Below are positions 8,537-17,521 of a stretch of DNA of 64,000 nucleotides, piece after piece. The notes below the pieces were generated by a model. That model was given only the letters and a program-made list of their open reading frames with translations, made no database searches and was not told the origin of the DNA. The position numbers and the translations under genes were made by a program. Source of the stretch: Caryophanon sp. (GTDB taxonomy: Bacteria; Bacillota; Bacilli; Bacillales_A; Planococcaceae). The stretch is taken from positions 2,119 to 66,118 of the forward strand of contig JAHAYH010000029.1 of assembly GCA_018384745.1 (NCBI GenBank), in the 5' to 3' direction. The stretch's first letter is position 1, and every line of letters begins with the position of its first letter.

Positions 8537-10566
8537 TCGACGTTCACCATCCCGACACTTTGAATTTCTATTGCTGCATCTAATTCATTATAAGATAGCA
8601 CAGGAACTTGTGGGAAGTAGCGCTCTGTTAATTGACGTAAATACATACGTACAGCCGGTGAACATAATAAAATAGACGATTGCTCCATAAATGAGACACG
8701 CTCTACTTCTTTTGCGACAGCCTCTAAAATGTTTTGCGAATCTTGCGGGTCCATCGCTAAGTAGTTGCCATGCTCGGTTTGTTGAATGCTGTCGGCAATC
8801 ATTTTTTCAATGCGTCCAGAAATCGTAATAACTTTTAATGTCGATTGGCCATTCGTATGCTGCGCAGTAATTTGACGCGCTAATGCTTGTCGTACGTACT
8901 CCGTTAAAATATCCGTATCACTCGTTAATTTCGAATAATCCGCCAGCGTTTCAAAAATAACCGGTAAGTTACGCACCGATACATTTTCTTGCAATAGACG
9001 ACCAAGTACTTTTTGCACTTCGCCAATCGATAACGGTGATGGTGTTAATTCGTCGACTAAAATAGCATGCGTTTCGCGTAAATGATCGACAAGCTGTTTC
9101 GTTTCTTGACGGCCAAGTAAATCCGCTGCATTTGCACGAATAATTTCTGTTAAGTGTGTCGAAACAACACTTGGTGGGTCGACAACTGTATAGCCGTACA
9201 TTTCAGCATCCTCTTTCACCTGCTCAGTAATCCACTTCGCCGGTAAGCCGAATGATGGCTCAATTGTATCGATCCCTTCAATCGAATCATCATCGCCAGG
9301 GCTCATTGCTAAATAATGATCGAGCAATAGCTCCCCGCGTGCTAACTCGTTGCCTTTAATTTTAATACGATATTCGTTTGGTTGTAGCTGAATATTATCT
9401 CGAATGCGTACAACTGGAATGACAATCCCAAGCTCTAATGCCAGCTGTCGACGAATCATGACAACGCGGTCTAATAAATCGCCACCTTGTGCTGTATCGA
9501 CAAGCGGAATTAAGCCGTAACCAAATTCGAATTCAATTGGATCGACACTTAATAAGTTAACGACATTTTCAGGGCTCTTCATCGTATCGGTTGCCACTTC
9601 TTCCTCAAACTCTTGAATATCTTCAATCGTTTCTTTTTGATTGCGATCCATCATAAATGCTGTAATCGCTAATACACCGGCGATCGGTAATGTAATCCAA
9701 TCTGGTAACGGCGTCACTAAACCAAGTAGCGCAATTGATACTGCTGCTACATAGAGCAGTTTTGATTGTGAAAACAGTTGTTTCATAATGTCCGCACCTA
9801 AGTTACCTTCTGATGCGGCACGCGTTACAACAATACCTGTTGCTGTTGAAATCAGCAGTGCAGGAATTTGTGATACTAAACCATCCCCGACCGTCAATTT
9901 CGAGAACTGTGCTGCAGCTTCGCCAAATTCAAGACCTAGCTGCATCATCCCGATTACCATACCGACAATTAAGTTGATGAATACCATAATAATAGCGGCA
10001 ATAGCATCCCCTTTTACGAACTTTGTCGCACCGTCCATCGCTCCATAAAAGTCTGCTTCTCCCGATACTTTCGCGCGGCGTTCACGCGCTTCCTTTTCTG
10101 AGATCATACCGGCGTTTAAATCCGCATCAATACTCATCTGTTTCCCTGGCATCGCATCTAATGTAAAACGTGCTGCTACTTCTGCTACACGCTCAGAACC
10201 TTTTGTAATAACAAGGAATTGAATAATTACAAGTAATGCGAAAATAACAAGACCAACAACGATATTACCACCTGTTACGAAGTTACCAAATGTATCAACA
10301 ACATCACCGGCATCTCCTTCTGCTAAAATGGCACGCGTTGTTGAAATACTTAATCCTAAGCGGAACAACGTTAACAATAAAATAACAGATGGGAAAATCG
10401 CGAAGTCAAGCGCTTCTTTCATATTCATTGCTGTTAATAACACAATTAAACTTAACGTAATGTTAATAATAATTAAAAAGCTTAACAGCCAAGTTGGTAG
10501 AGGGATAATAAGCATGGCTACGATTAAAATAACCGCACCTAAGACGCCCAAATCACTAAGTTTCAT
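8533..10566 (-). CDS. flhA: flagellar export gate protein FlhA
   Basis: 677 aa. N-terminal polytopic membrane domain, conserved GAMDGATKFVKGDAIA loop, large cytoplasmic C-terminal domain. Confidence 0.97.
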   Translation of the reverse strand: MKLSDLGVLGAVILIVAMLIIPLPTWLLSFLIIINITLSLIVLLTAMNMKEALDFAIFPSVILLLTLFRLGLSISTTRAILAEGDAGDVVDTFGNFVTGGNIVVGLVIFALLVIIQFLVITKGSERVAEVAARFTLDAMPGKQMSIDADLNAGMISEKEARERRAKVSGEADFYGAMDGATKFVKGDAIAAIIMVFINLIVGMVIGMMQLGLEFGEAAAQFSKLTVGDGLVSQIPALLISTATGIVVTRAASEGNLGADIMKQLFSQSKLLYVAAVSIALLGLVTPLPDWITLPIAGVLAITAFMMDRNQKETIEDIQEFEEEVATDTMKSPENVVNLLSVDPIEFEFGYGLIPLVDTAQGGDLLDRVVMIRRQLALELGIVIPVVRIRDNIQLQPNEYRIKIKGNELARGELLLDHYLAMSPGDDDSIEGIDTIEPSFGLPAKWITEQVKEDAEMYGYTVVDPPSVVSTHLTEIIRANAADLLGRQETKQLVDHLRETHAILVDELTPSPLSIGEVQKVLGRLLQENVSVRNLPVIFETLADYSKLTSDTDILTEYVRQALARQITAQHTNGQSTLKVITISGRIEKMIADSIQQTEHGNYLAMDPQDSQNILEAVAKEVERVSFMEQSSILLCSPAVRMYLRQLTERYFPQVPVLSYNELDAAIEIQSVGMVNVE

Positions 10567-10590
10567 ACATGCCCCTCCTGATTACATACT

Positions 10591-11679
10591 TTAAATTTTT
10601 CGCTTAATTCGGTATACATATGCTAAAATTTCAGCTACCGTTTTGAAGAACTCTTCTGGCACAGCGTCCCCGATTTCAACTTGGTCATACATCGCACGTG
10701 CTAACGGACGGTTTTCTACCATCACAACATCATGTTGCTTCGCAATTAGCTTAATTTTTTGTGCGACAAAATCTGTCCCTTTTGCGATGACACGTGGTGC
10801 TTCCATTGTGTCACCGTCGTACTTTAGCGCGATGGCATAGTGCGTTGGGTTTGTAATGACCACATCAGCATTTGGCACTTCTTGCATCATGCGGCGCATC
10901 GCCATTTCACGTTGCTTTTGTTTGATCTTCCCTTTAATTTGCGGGTCCCCTTCGACGTTCTTATGCTCATCTTTAATATCTTGCTTTGACATTTTTAAAT
11001 TTTTCTCATAATCGTAACGCTGATAAAAATAATCAATGACAGAAATGAGTAATAGTACAAGCGCAGCAATAATGCCCATTATGCCGGTTAATGTTGCAAT
11101 CATGGACATCGTATCTTGTGGATCCATAAACGCAAGCTTTAATACGTCCTCTAAATAAATCCAAATCACGACGACAGTCGCTGTACCAATAAGGGCAATT
11201 TTTAAAATCGATTTCACTAAATCGACAAGTGCACGCACAGAAAAAATCTTTTTAAGCCCTTTAATCGGATCCATCTTTTTCAAGTCAGGCTTTAGTGGAT
11301 GACCGGTAAATAAAAATCCGAATTGTACTAAGTTCGCAGCAATCCCTGCAAACACACCTAGTGCCATTATTGGTACAACGATGATTGCCATTTCCATTAA
11401 AAATGTTGTATAGATTTTCATCGTTGACTCAATGGACAAATCTTCTACCAATACATACGTTTCCATTGCCTCACGTATAATATTCAAAATGCGCTCCTGC
11501 ATAAAAGGGGCGATAAAAAATAGCCCGATAAACATAACGAGCAGTAAAATCGCTGCTGTTACATCTTGACTCTTTAACACTTGACCTTTTTTCCGCGCAT
11601 CTTGACGTTTTTTAGGCGTTGCTTTTTCTGTTTTTTCGCCCGCAAAAAATTGCAAGTCTAAACGCAGTAATAATTCCAT
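10591..11679 (-). CDS. flhB: flagellar export switch protein FlhB
   Basis: NPTH autocleavage motif in VVITNPTHYAIALKY, with four N-terminal TM segments. Start trimmed to the ATG at 11679 (SD AGGTGGGA); the track start at 11691 is GTG. Confidence 0.95.
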   Translation of the reverse strand: MELLLRLDLQFFAGEKTEKATPKKRQDARKKGQVLKSQDVTAAILLLVMFIGLFFIAPFMQERILNIIREAMETYVLVEDLSIESTMKIYTTFLMEMAIIVVPIMALGVFAGIAANLVQFGFLFTGHPLKPDLKKMDPIKGLKKIFSVRALVDLVKSILKIALIGTATVVVIWIYLEDVLKLAFMDPQDTMSMIATLTGIMGIIAALVLLLISVIDYFYQRYDYEKNLKMSKQDIKDEHKNVEGDPQIKGKIKQKQREMAMRRMMQEVPNADVVITNPTHYAIALKYDGDTMEAPRVIAKGTDFVAQKIKLIAKQHDVVMVENRPLARAMYDQVEIGDAVPEEFFKTVAEILAYVYRIKRKI

Positions 11680-11680
11680 G

Positions 11681-12460
11681 CTACATCCCACCTAAAATCG
11701 TCATAAAATCGCGCATGCCGTAAATGGCCACTTCAATTAAGCGACGCATTACGTTGATCATCACACCCATAACAATAATTAAAAAAATAAAGCCCGCGAC
11801 AATTTTAATTGGAAAGCCGACGACGAAAATATTCATCTGTGGCACCGTTTTACCAACAATCCCTAGCGCTAACGTGACTAAAAAGAGTGCAGCGACGACC
11901 GGTGCAGACATTTGAAATGCAATCGCAAATAGCGTCGTCATCATTTTCATTAAAAATACAGCAAAGCTTTCGTCTCCTGTATGAAGACCTAATTGATCAA
12001 TCGCTATATATTGATAGCTGTAATAAATGCCATCGAGCAATAAATGATGACCATTCGTTGCTAACAATACAAGCAGCGTTAACACGTTAAAAAACTGACC
12101 CATGATCGGACTTTGAGCCCCTGTTTGCGGGTCAATAATATTCGCAATCGCAAACCCCATTTGGAAGTCAATTAACCCTCCGGCAATTTGCACTGCAGAT
12201 AAAATTAAATACGCAATTAAACCGATGCTTAATCCGACGACAACTTCTTTTAATACAAACAATATGTATGTACCGTCAAACGCAATCGTAACATCCGGTG
12301 AAATCGTGTAATACATCGTCCAAGCAAGCACGATTGGCACCGCAATTTTTGCTTGTGACGGAATCGTTCGGTATGAAAAGAATGGCACGGTTGCAAAAAA
12401 CGCCGTTAACCTTGCAACAATTAAAAGAAATACAGTTAATTTCGGTACTAAATCTTCCAT
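11681..12460 (-). CDS. fliR: flagellar export apparatus protein FliR
   Basis: 259-aa polytopic membrane protein located between fliQ and flhB. Confidence 0.9.
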   Translation of the reverse strand: MEDLVPKLTVFLLIVARLTAFFATVPFFSYRTIPSQAKIAVPIVLAWTMYYTISPDVTIAFDGTYILFVLKEVVVGLSIGLIAYLILSAVQIAGGLIDFQMGFAIANIIDPQTGAQSPIMGQFFNVLTLLVLLATNGHHLLLDGIYYSYQYIAIDQLGLHTGDESFAVFLMKMMTTLFAIAFQMSAPVVAALFLVTLALGIVGKTVPQMNIFVVGFPIKIVAGFIFLIIVMGVMINVMRRLIEVAIYGMRDFMTILGGM

Positions 12461-12464
12461 TCAC

Positions 12465-12734
12465 TCACCCTATGTAACGTGTTAAGTTATTTAAAATATC
12501 GTGAAAATAACTTGTCGTTTGTGACAGCATCCATGGGCCGAAAAATACGATTGCCACTAATACCGCAATAATTTTTGGTACGAATGCAAGCGTTTGCTCC
12601 TGAATCGATGTTGTCGCTTGGAAAATACTTACTAATAAACCGACAATTAATGCAACGAGCATAAGAGGACCGGCAACAATTAATATCATCCAGACAGCTT
12701 GTTCTGCAATTGTTATGACCATTTCTTGAGACAT
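12465..12734 (-). CDS. fliQ: flagellar export apparatus protein FliQ
   Basis: 89 aa with two TM helices, in the canonical fliP-fliQ-fliR order. Confidence 0.9.
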   Translation of the reverse strand: MSQEMVITIAEQAVWMILIVAGPLMLVALIVGLLVSIFQATTSIQEQTLAFVPKIIAVLVAIVFFGPWMLSQTTSYFHDILNNLTRYIG

Positions 12735-12748
12735 TGTTCGTTATCCTC

Positions 12749-13414
12749 CTAAAAACTCACGAGCAGCGATTTCATAACTAAATACCAACCATCTACTAAC
12801 ACGAATAATAAAATCTTAAACGGTAGTGAAATCATAACCGGTGGTAACATCATCATCCCCATTGCCATTAACGTACCTGCAACAATCATATCAATAACGA
12901 TAAATGGAATGAAAATCATGAAGCCCATTTGAAAGGCTGTTTTCAATTCACTAATGACAAATGCGGGTACAAGCATCGTAAGCGGAATATCTTCCACCGC
13001 TGTTGGTGCTTCTGCTTCGTTATATTGTAAAAATAGCTCTAAATCTTGCTGACGTGTATGCTCAGCCATAAATTCTTTAAATGGAATAGCCGCTTTGTCA
13101 TACGCTTCTTCAATGCCAATTTCCTCTGCAAATAACGGTTGCAATGCTTGTTCATTCACCTCTGTAAACACAGGGGTCATCACGAAAAATGTTAAAAACA
13201 ACGCTAAACCAATAATGACTTGGTTTGGCGGCATTTGTCCTGTTGCAAGCGCTGTTCGTACAAATGAAAGTACAATGACGATGCGTAAAAACGACGTCAT
13301 TAAAATTAAAATACTTGGTGCTAACGATAATACCGTTAACAATAACAATAATTTCACTGAGGTTGAGACGTTCGTTGGATCACTGTCAGCGAAAATACTG
13401 ATAAACTCATTCAT
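12749..13414 (-). CDS. fliP: flagellar export apparatus protein FliP
   Basis: Conserved SFLRIVIVLSFVRTALATGQMPPNQVIIGLALFLTFFVM. Start trimmed to the ATG at 13414 (SD AAGGAGG, ATGA overlap with the fliO stop), giving 221 aa. Confidence 0.93.
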   Translation of the reverse strand: MNEFISIFADSDPTNVSTSVKLLLLLTVLSLAPSILILMTSFLRIVIVLSFVRTALATGQMPPNQVIIGLALFLTFFVMTPVFTEVNEQALQPLFAEEIGIEEAYDKAAIPFKEFMAEHTRQQDLELFLQYNEAEAPTAVEDIPLTMLVPAFVISELKTAFQMGFMIFIPFIVIDMIVAGTLMAMGMMMLPPVMISLPFKILLFVLVDGWYLVMKSLLVSF

Positions 13415-14079
13415 TTGTGATCGTCCTCCTTGCGCCATGCCTCAAGATCTTTCGTGCGATCTTTTTTGATTTCTTCCAATCGCTTATTTAATACACTTCC
13501 AAACGCTTCTGTTGATGATGTTGTATCCTTCTTTGTCCACTTGCGCAGCAGCTGTACAATATACGGTGTGCTATCACCAAACATTTGCTGAGAAGCATGA
13601 ATGGCTTGTAATTGTGCCATCTCTTCTTCATCTGTCACTTCACGAAGAAGCTGTACGTTATCTCCTACACCAATTAACATCATTTTATTGCCTACTTTAA
13701 CGAGCTGAATCGATTTTTGTTGTCCAACCGATACACCGCCCAAATTTTGCATTAATGCATTTTGCTGGACTTGCTGTGTTTGTTTCTTTAAAAACTTCAA
13801 CACAAGGAACAATAAAATAATGACTACGACAAATGCGAGCATCATTTTGATGTAATCCCATGCATTAAAACCAACAGCTGCCGACTGGGGTTCCATTTCG
13901 GCAGCTGAAGGTGTAGTATCTGGGCATGCAACGTCTGGATTTTGTTCACATTCTTGCGTCGCGTTAATAGCATCACTTACTGAAGCTTGACTATGTATAG
14001 GTGCTCCGAAAGCAATAATCATTAATACAGCTACAAATGCTATCGCTCTAACTCGCTTCAAAATCATTCGTGCATGCAT
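13411..14079 (-). CDS. fliO: FliO/FliZ-family flagellar biosynthesis protein
   Basis: 222 aa. Signal or TM segment, a second TM (MMLAFVVVIILLFLVL) and the FliO-like core SIQLVKVGNKMMLIGVGDNVQLL. Positioned between cheY and fliP like B. subtilis fliZ. Confidence 0.8.
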   Translation of the reverse strand: MHARMILKRVRAIAFVAVLMIIAFGAPIHSQASVSDAINATQECEQNPDVACPDTTPSAAEMEPQSAAVGFNAWDYIKMMLAFVVVIILLFLVLKFLKKQTQQVQQNALMQNLGGVSVGQQKSIQLVKVGNKMMLIGVGDNVQLLREVTDEEEMAQLQAIHASQQMFGDSTPYIVQLLRKWTKKDTTSSTEAFGSVLNKRLEEIKKDRTKDLEAWRKEDDHK

Positions 14080-14083
14080 CGGA

Positions 14084-14446
14084 TCAACCTAAAGCTTTTT
14101 GAATGGCTTCGATTACGCGGTCAGCTTGGAATGGCTTCACGATAAAGTCTTTTGCACCTGCTTGAATCGCGTCAATTACCATCGCTTGTTGGCCCATTGC
14201 TGAACACATAATAATTGTCGCGCCTGGGTTTGTTGCTTTAATTTCTTTTAATGCTGCAATACCATCTTTTTCAGGCATTGTAATATCCATCGTTACTAAA
14301 TCTGGCTTTAATTCATTGTACTTTTCAACAGCTTGAACACCATCGGCTGCTTCTCCAACAACTTCATAACCATTTTTTGTTAAGATATCTTTAATCATCA
14401 TGCGCATGAATGCTGCGTCATCTACAATTAGAATACGATTTCCCAT
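14084..14446 (-). CDS. cheY: chemotaxis response regulator CheY
   Basis: Receiver motifs ILIVDDAAFMR, DLVTMDITMP and FIVKPF. Start trimmed to the ATG at 14446 (SD GGAGGA, 7-nt spacer), giving 120 aa; the track start is TTG. Confidence 0.95.
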   Translation of the reverse strand: MGNRILIVDDAAFMRMMIKDILTKNGYEVVGEAADGVQAVEKYNELKPDLVTMDITMPEKDGIAALKEIKATNPGATIIMCSAMGQQAMVIDAIQAGAKDFIVKPFQADRVIEAIQKALG

Positions 14447-14467
14447 AATTAATTCCTCCAATTTATA

Positions 14468-15775
14468 CTATCGTAAATTATTCAAGCGGTCTGTTGGACT
14501 TGCGATGTCTGTAATACGCACACCAAAGTTTTCATCAATAACAACGACTTCACCTTTTGCAATTAAACGGCTGTTCACTAAAATATCCACTGGTTCCCCC
14601 GCAAGTTTATCCAGTTCAATAATCGACCCGCCCGTTAATTCTAAAATTTCTTTCACAGAACGCTTCGTACGACCTAATTCAACCGTCACTTGTAATGGGA
14701 TATCGAGTAACATATTTAAATTTTGTGATTCCGCTGCAGATATTTGTGGTGCATCAAAACTTGTAAACTGTGCTTGTTGCACATTTACAGGTTGCTGCAT
14801 CGGCGGCTGTTGATACATTGGTTGTTGCATCTGTGGCTGCTGATACATCGGTTGCTGATACATTGGCTGTTGATACATCGGCTGCTGCTGCATTGGGTCT
14901 TGCATTGGCGGTTGCTGATACATCGGTTGTTGCTGCATTGGATCTTGCATTGGTGGTTGCTGATACATCGGTTGCTGCTGCGGCATCTCCTGCTGCGGTG
15001 CAGATGTTGGTTGTTGTGGTGCAGCAGTTTGTTGTGGCTGCGCTTCTGCTACTTCGACCGCATTTTCAATTCCATCAGGTTCCCCCATTAATGATTTTAC
15101 GACTTTTTTACTAAAGTTCAAAGGTAAAAGTTGCATTAAGTTCGAATCAATTAATTCGCCAATGCGTAAACGGAATGAAATTTTCACTAATAAATCTTCA
15201 TCTGGGATGTTATCGGCACCTTCATCTTTTGAAATATTCATCAGATCGATCGTCGGTGGTGAGATATCTACCTTTTGATTAAACATCGTTGACATCGATG
15301 TTGCAGCAGAACCCATCATTTGATTCATTGCTTCTTGTACCGCAGATAATTGGATTTCTGTTAAGTCAATATTCGGGTTTAGTCCGTCGCCACCTAGCAT
15401 TAAATCAGCGATAATCGCTGCATCTGATTGTTTAATAACCAGTAAGTTCATGCCTGATAGACCCGTTGTATATTCAACTTGTACCGCGACATAAGGATGT
15501 GGGAATTCTTCTTCTAAACGGTTACGGTTAATCATTGCCAAGCTCGGTGTTGTAATATCTACCTTTTGTCCTAAAAGTGCAGATAACGCCGTTGCTGAGC
15601 TGCCGAATGAAATATTTCCTACTTCACCTAACGCATCTTGTTCAAGTGATGTTAAATAATCGTCAATATGCAAATCTTGCTGCGCATCTGCTGATTCATC
15701 TAATAATGGTTTATCTAATGTTTCGCCTCGTAATAGAGCTTCAATTTCTTCTTGTGAAAGCATATCATCACTCAT
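14468..15775 (-). CDS. fliY: flagellar C-ring switch protein and CheY-P phosphatase FliY (CheC-like plus FliN domain)
   Basis: 435 aa. N-terminal LSQEEIEALL docking motif, two E-x2-N motifs (GEVGN, QEAMN), C-terminal FliN/SpoA domain (LLDIPLQVTVELGRT...). Carries an expanded P/Q linker. Confidence 0.93.
   Translation of the reverse strand: MSDDMLSQEEIEALLRGETLDKPLLDESADAQQDLHIDDYLTSLEQDALGEVGNISFGSSATALSALLGQKVDITTPSLAMINRNRLEEEFPHPYVAVQVEYTTGLSGMNLLVIKQSDAAIIADLMLGGDGLNPNIDLTEIQLSAVQEAMNQMMGSAATSMSTMFNQKVDISPPTIDLMNISKDEGADNIPDEDLLVKISFRLRIGELIDSNLMQLLPLNFSKKVVKSLMGEPDGIENAVEVAEAQPQQTAAPQQPTSAPQQEMPQQQPMYQQPPMQDPMQQQPMYQQPPMQDPMQQQPMYQQPMYQQPMYQQPQMQQPMYQQPPMQQPVNVQQAQFTSFDAPQISAAESQNLNMLLDIPLQVTVELGRTKRSVKEILELTGGSIIELDKLAGEPVDILVNSRLIAKGEVVVIDENFGVRITDIASPTDRLNNLR
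14888..14977. repeat. near-perfect 45-bp tandem duplication inside fliY (encodes QQQPMYQQPPMQDPM twice), within a larger P/Q/M/Y-rich tract at 14768..15046
   Basis: Units 14888..14932 and 14933..14977 differ at 3 positions. Flanked by further 12-15-bp QQPMY-coding repeats. Confidence 0.85.
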
Positions 15776-16763
15776 GTTCGTCAGCTCCTTTCAATGGGTC
15801 TAAAATTTGAACAGCCATTTTGCTGCCTACTTTACCTGCTTGTGCTGTAAATTTCGGTAAAGTGCCCACTTTAATTAATAATGGATCGTCTATTTTCTGG
15901 TTTAATTGTAGCACATCTCCAACCTGCATCGTTAAAAAGTCTTGAATCGAAATATCTGTGTTTCCAAGCTCTGTAATAACTGGTAATGAGGCCTCTTTCA
16001 CGCGCGTCTCAAGTGCTCGTTGTTGTTCTGGTGACATTTGCTTCGTGTTGGACTGCATCCAATAGCGCACCGATAAGTTTGGTACAATTGGCTCAAGTAC
16101 AACGTGTGGAATACAAATATTGATCATGCCACTCGTCTCACCGATAATCGTATTTAATGAAATGACGATTACCGTTTCATTCGGTGAAATCATTTGTAAA
16201 AACTGTGGGTTTACTTCTAACTCGACTAAAATCGGATCAATTTCAGCAACGTTTTCCCATGCTTCACGCAAGTTATCAAACGAACGTTCAAATAAGTTTG
16301 TCATAATTTTCGTTTCAATTTCTGTTAAATTATCAACGTTGCTATGACTTTCACCTGTACCGCCCATTAAGCGATCGAGCATCGAATATGCAATATTTGG
16401 ATTAATTTCCATTAAAATATTACCATCCAATGGGGGTACTTCAAACACGTTTATTAATGTCATGTTCGGAATTGAGCGGACAAATTCTTCAAATGGAATT
16501 TGATCTACCGAAACAACGGTAATTTGCACATAGTTTCGCAGTTGCGCAGAAAAGAATGTTGTTAATAGTCGCGCAAAATTTTCGTGTATTCGGGTCAAAC
16601 TTCGGATTTGATCTTTTGAAAAGCGAAGTGCACGTTTAAAGTCGTATACTTTTACTTTTTTCGTCTCTTCGTCCTTTTTGACATCCTCAGCTGTCATCTC
16701 TCCGGTTGATATTGCTGAGAGCAGCGCATCAATCTCGGATTGCGACAATACATCTCCTGCCAT
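15768..16763 (-). CDS. fliM: flagellar motor switch protein FliM
   Basis: 331 aa. N-terminal CheY-P binding motif LSQSEIDALL. Its last 8 nt overlap the fliY start. Confidence 0.95.
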   Translation of the reverse strand: MAGDVLSQSEIDALLSAISTGEMTAEDVKKDEETKKVKVYDFKRALRFSKDQIRSLTRIHENFARLLTTFFSAQLRNYVQITVVSVDQIPFEEFVRSIPNMTLINVFEVPPLDGNILMEINPNIAYSMLDRLMGGTGESHSNVDNLTEIETKIMTNLFERSFDNLREAWENVAEIDPILVELEVNPQFLQMISPNETVIVISLNTIIGETSGMINICIPHVVLEPIVPNLSVRYWMQSNTKQMSPEQQRALETRVKEASLPVITELGNTDISIQDFLTMQVGDVLQLNQKIDDPLLIKVGTLPKFTAQAGKVGSKMAVQILDPLKGADEHE

Positions 16764-16795
16764 TTGCCCACCTCCTTATTTCTCATCTAGCAAAA

Positions 16796-17233
16796 TTATT
16801 GAATAATATACGAAGTAATATATACTTTTTGTACTTCGCCTTCTTGCATTAGCTCATTTAGCTGTACTTTAATTGTGTTTTGGAAATCAATTTTACCTGT
16901 TTTACCTTCTAAATCTTCAGCTGTCATTTCAGATAATGTTTGAATGACAATGTTTTTCGTTTGGAATTCGCGTTTTAATAACTCTTCTGCCGCATCTTCA
17001 CTATTTGTTTGAATTTTTAATGACATACGAACGAAATTGTTATCCATTAAGTTTGTCGTTAATTCCGGTACATCTACTGATGAAACGATAATTTCATCAA
17101 TTGACGGTTCATTCGCATTGGCTGTTTCATTGTCATTGCCACCTAACTTTGTAATAACGACATAACCAACAACACCTAACAATAAAACCGTTACTAAAAT
17201 GACAATCGATATCGTCATCATTTTATTCTTCAT
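16796..17233 (-). CDS. fliL: flagellar basal-body-associated protein FliL
   Basis: Single N-terminal TM (MMTISIVILVTVLLLGVVGYVVI) plus a FliL domain. Start chosen at the ATG at 17233 (GAGGTG, 6-nt spacer); the track start at 17242 is GTG. Confidence 0.85.
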   Translation of the reverse strand: MKNKMMTISIVILVTVLLLGVVGYVVITKLGGNDNETANANEPSIDEIIVSSVDVPELTTNLMDNNFVRMSLKIQTNSEDAAEELLKREFQTKNIVIQTLSEMTAEDLEGKTGKIDFQNTIKVQLNELMQEGEVQKVYITSYIIQ

Positions 17234-17444
17234 CTTCATCACCTCGTAAATCCGGATTCGAGAGCACTTGCACTTGCAAATAAAACTGTGCTACTTTGCG
17301 CTGCACTTCCTCTGCTGACTCTAACACAATATACTTCGTTTTATTTGTAAGCATAATCGTTGTATCTGGATTAGAATCAATCGTTTCTATGTATAATGCA
17401 TTGAGCAGAAACGGCTTACCATTTAATTTCGTTAATTCAACCAT
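17223..17444 (-). CDS. flbD: flagellar protein FlbD
   Basis: 73 aa. The N-terminus VELTKLNGKPFLLNALYIETIDSNPDTTIML is typical of FlbD. Located between flgE and fliL. Confidence 0.88.
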   Translation of the reverse strand: MVELTKLNGKPFLLNALYIETIDSNPDTTIMLTNKTKYIVLESAEEVQRKVAQFYLQVQVLSNPDLRGDEDEE

Positions 17445-17451
17445 AATATGA

Positions 17452-17481
17452 GGATCGACATTACTGAAGTAACGTCGATCC
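17452..17481 (-). other. 13-bp stem-loop in the flgE-flbD intergenic RNA
   Basis: Minus-strand RNA GGAUCGACGUUAC-uuca-GUAAUGUCGAUCC (one G-U pair). It is flanked 5' by GAGGAGGGGC (17482..17491) and 3' by UCAUAUU-AUG (the flbD start). Confidence 0.6.
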
Positions 17482-17521
17482 GCCCCTCCTCTACGCCGTA
17501 TTTTACAGTGCGTTTATGTTA

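Noticed and set aside
14744-15114. Two repetitive plus-strand ORFs (LLIHRLL... and VADTSV... repeats)
   Set aside because: They are antisense shadows of the FliY P/Q tandem-repeat tract. Their repetitiveness simply mirrors the sense-strand repeat.
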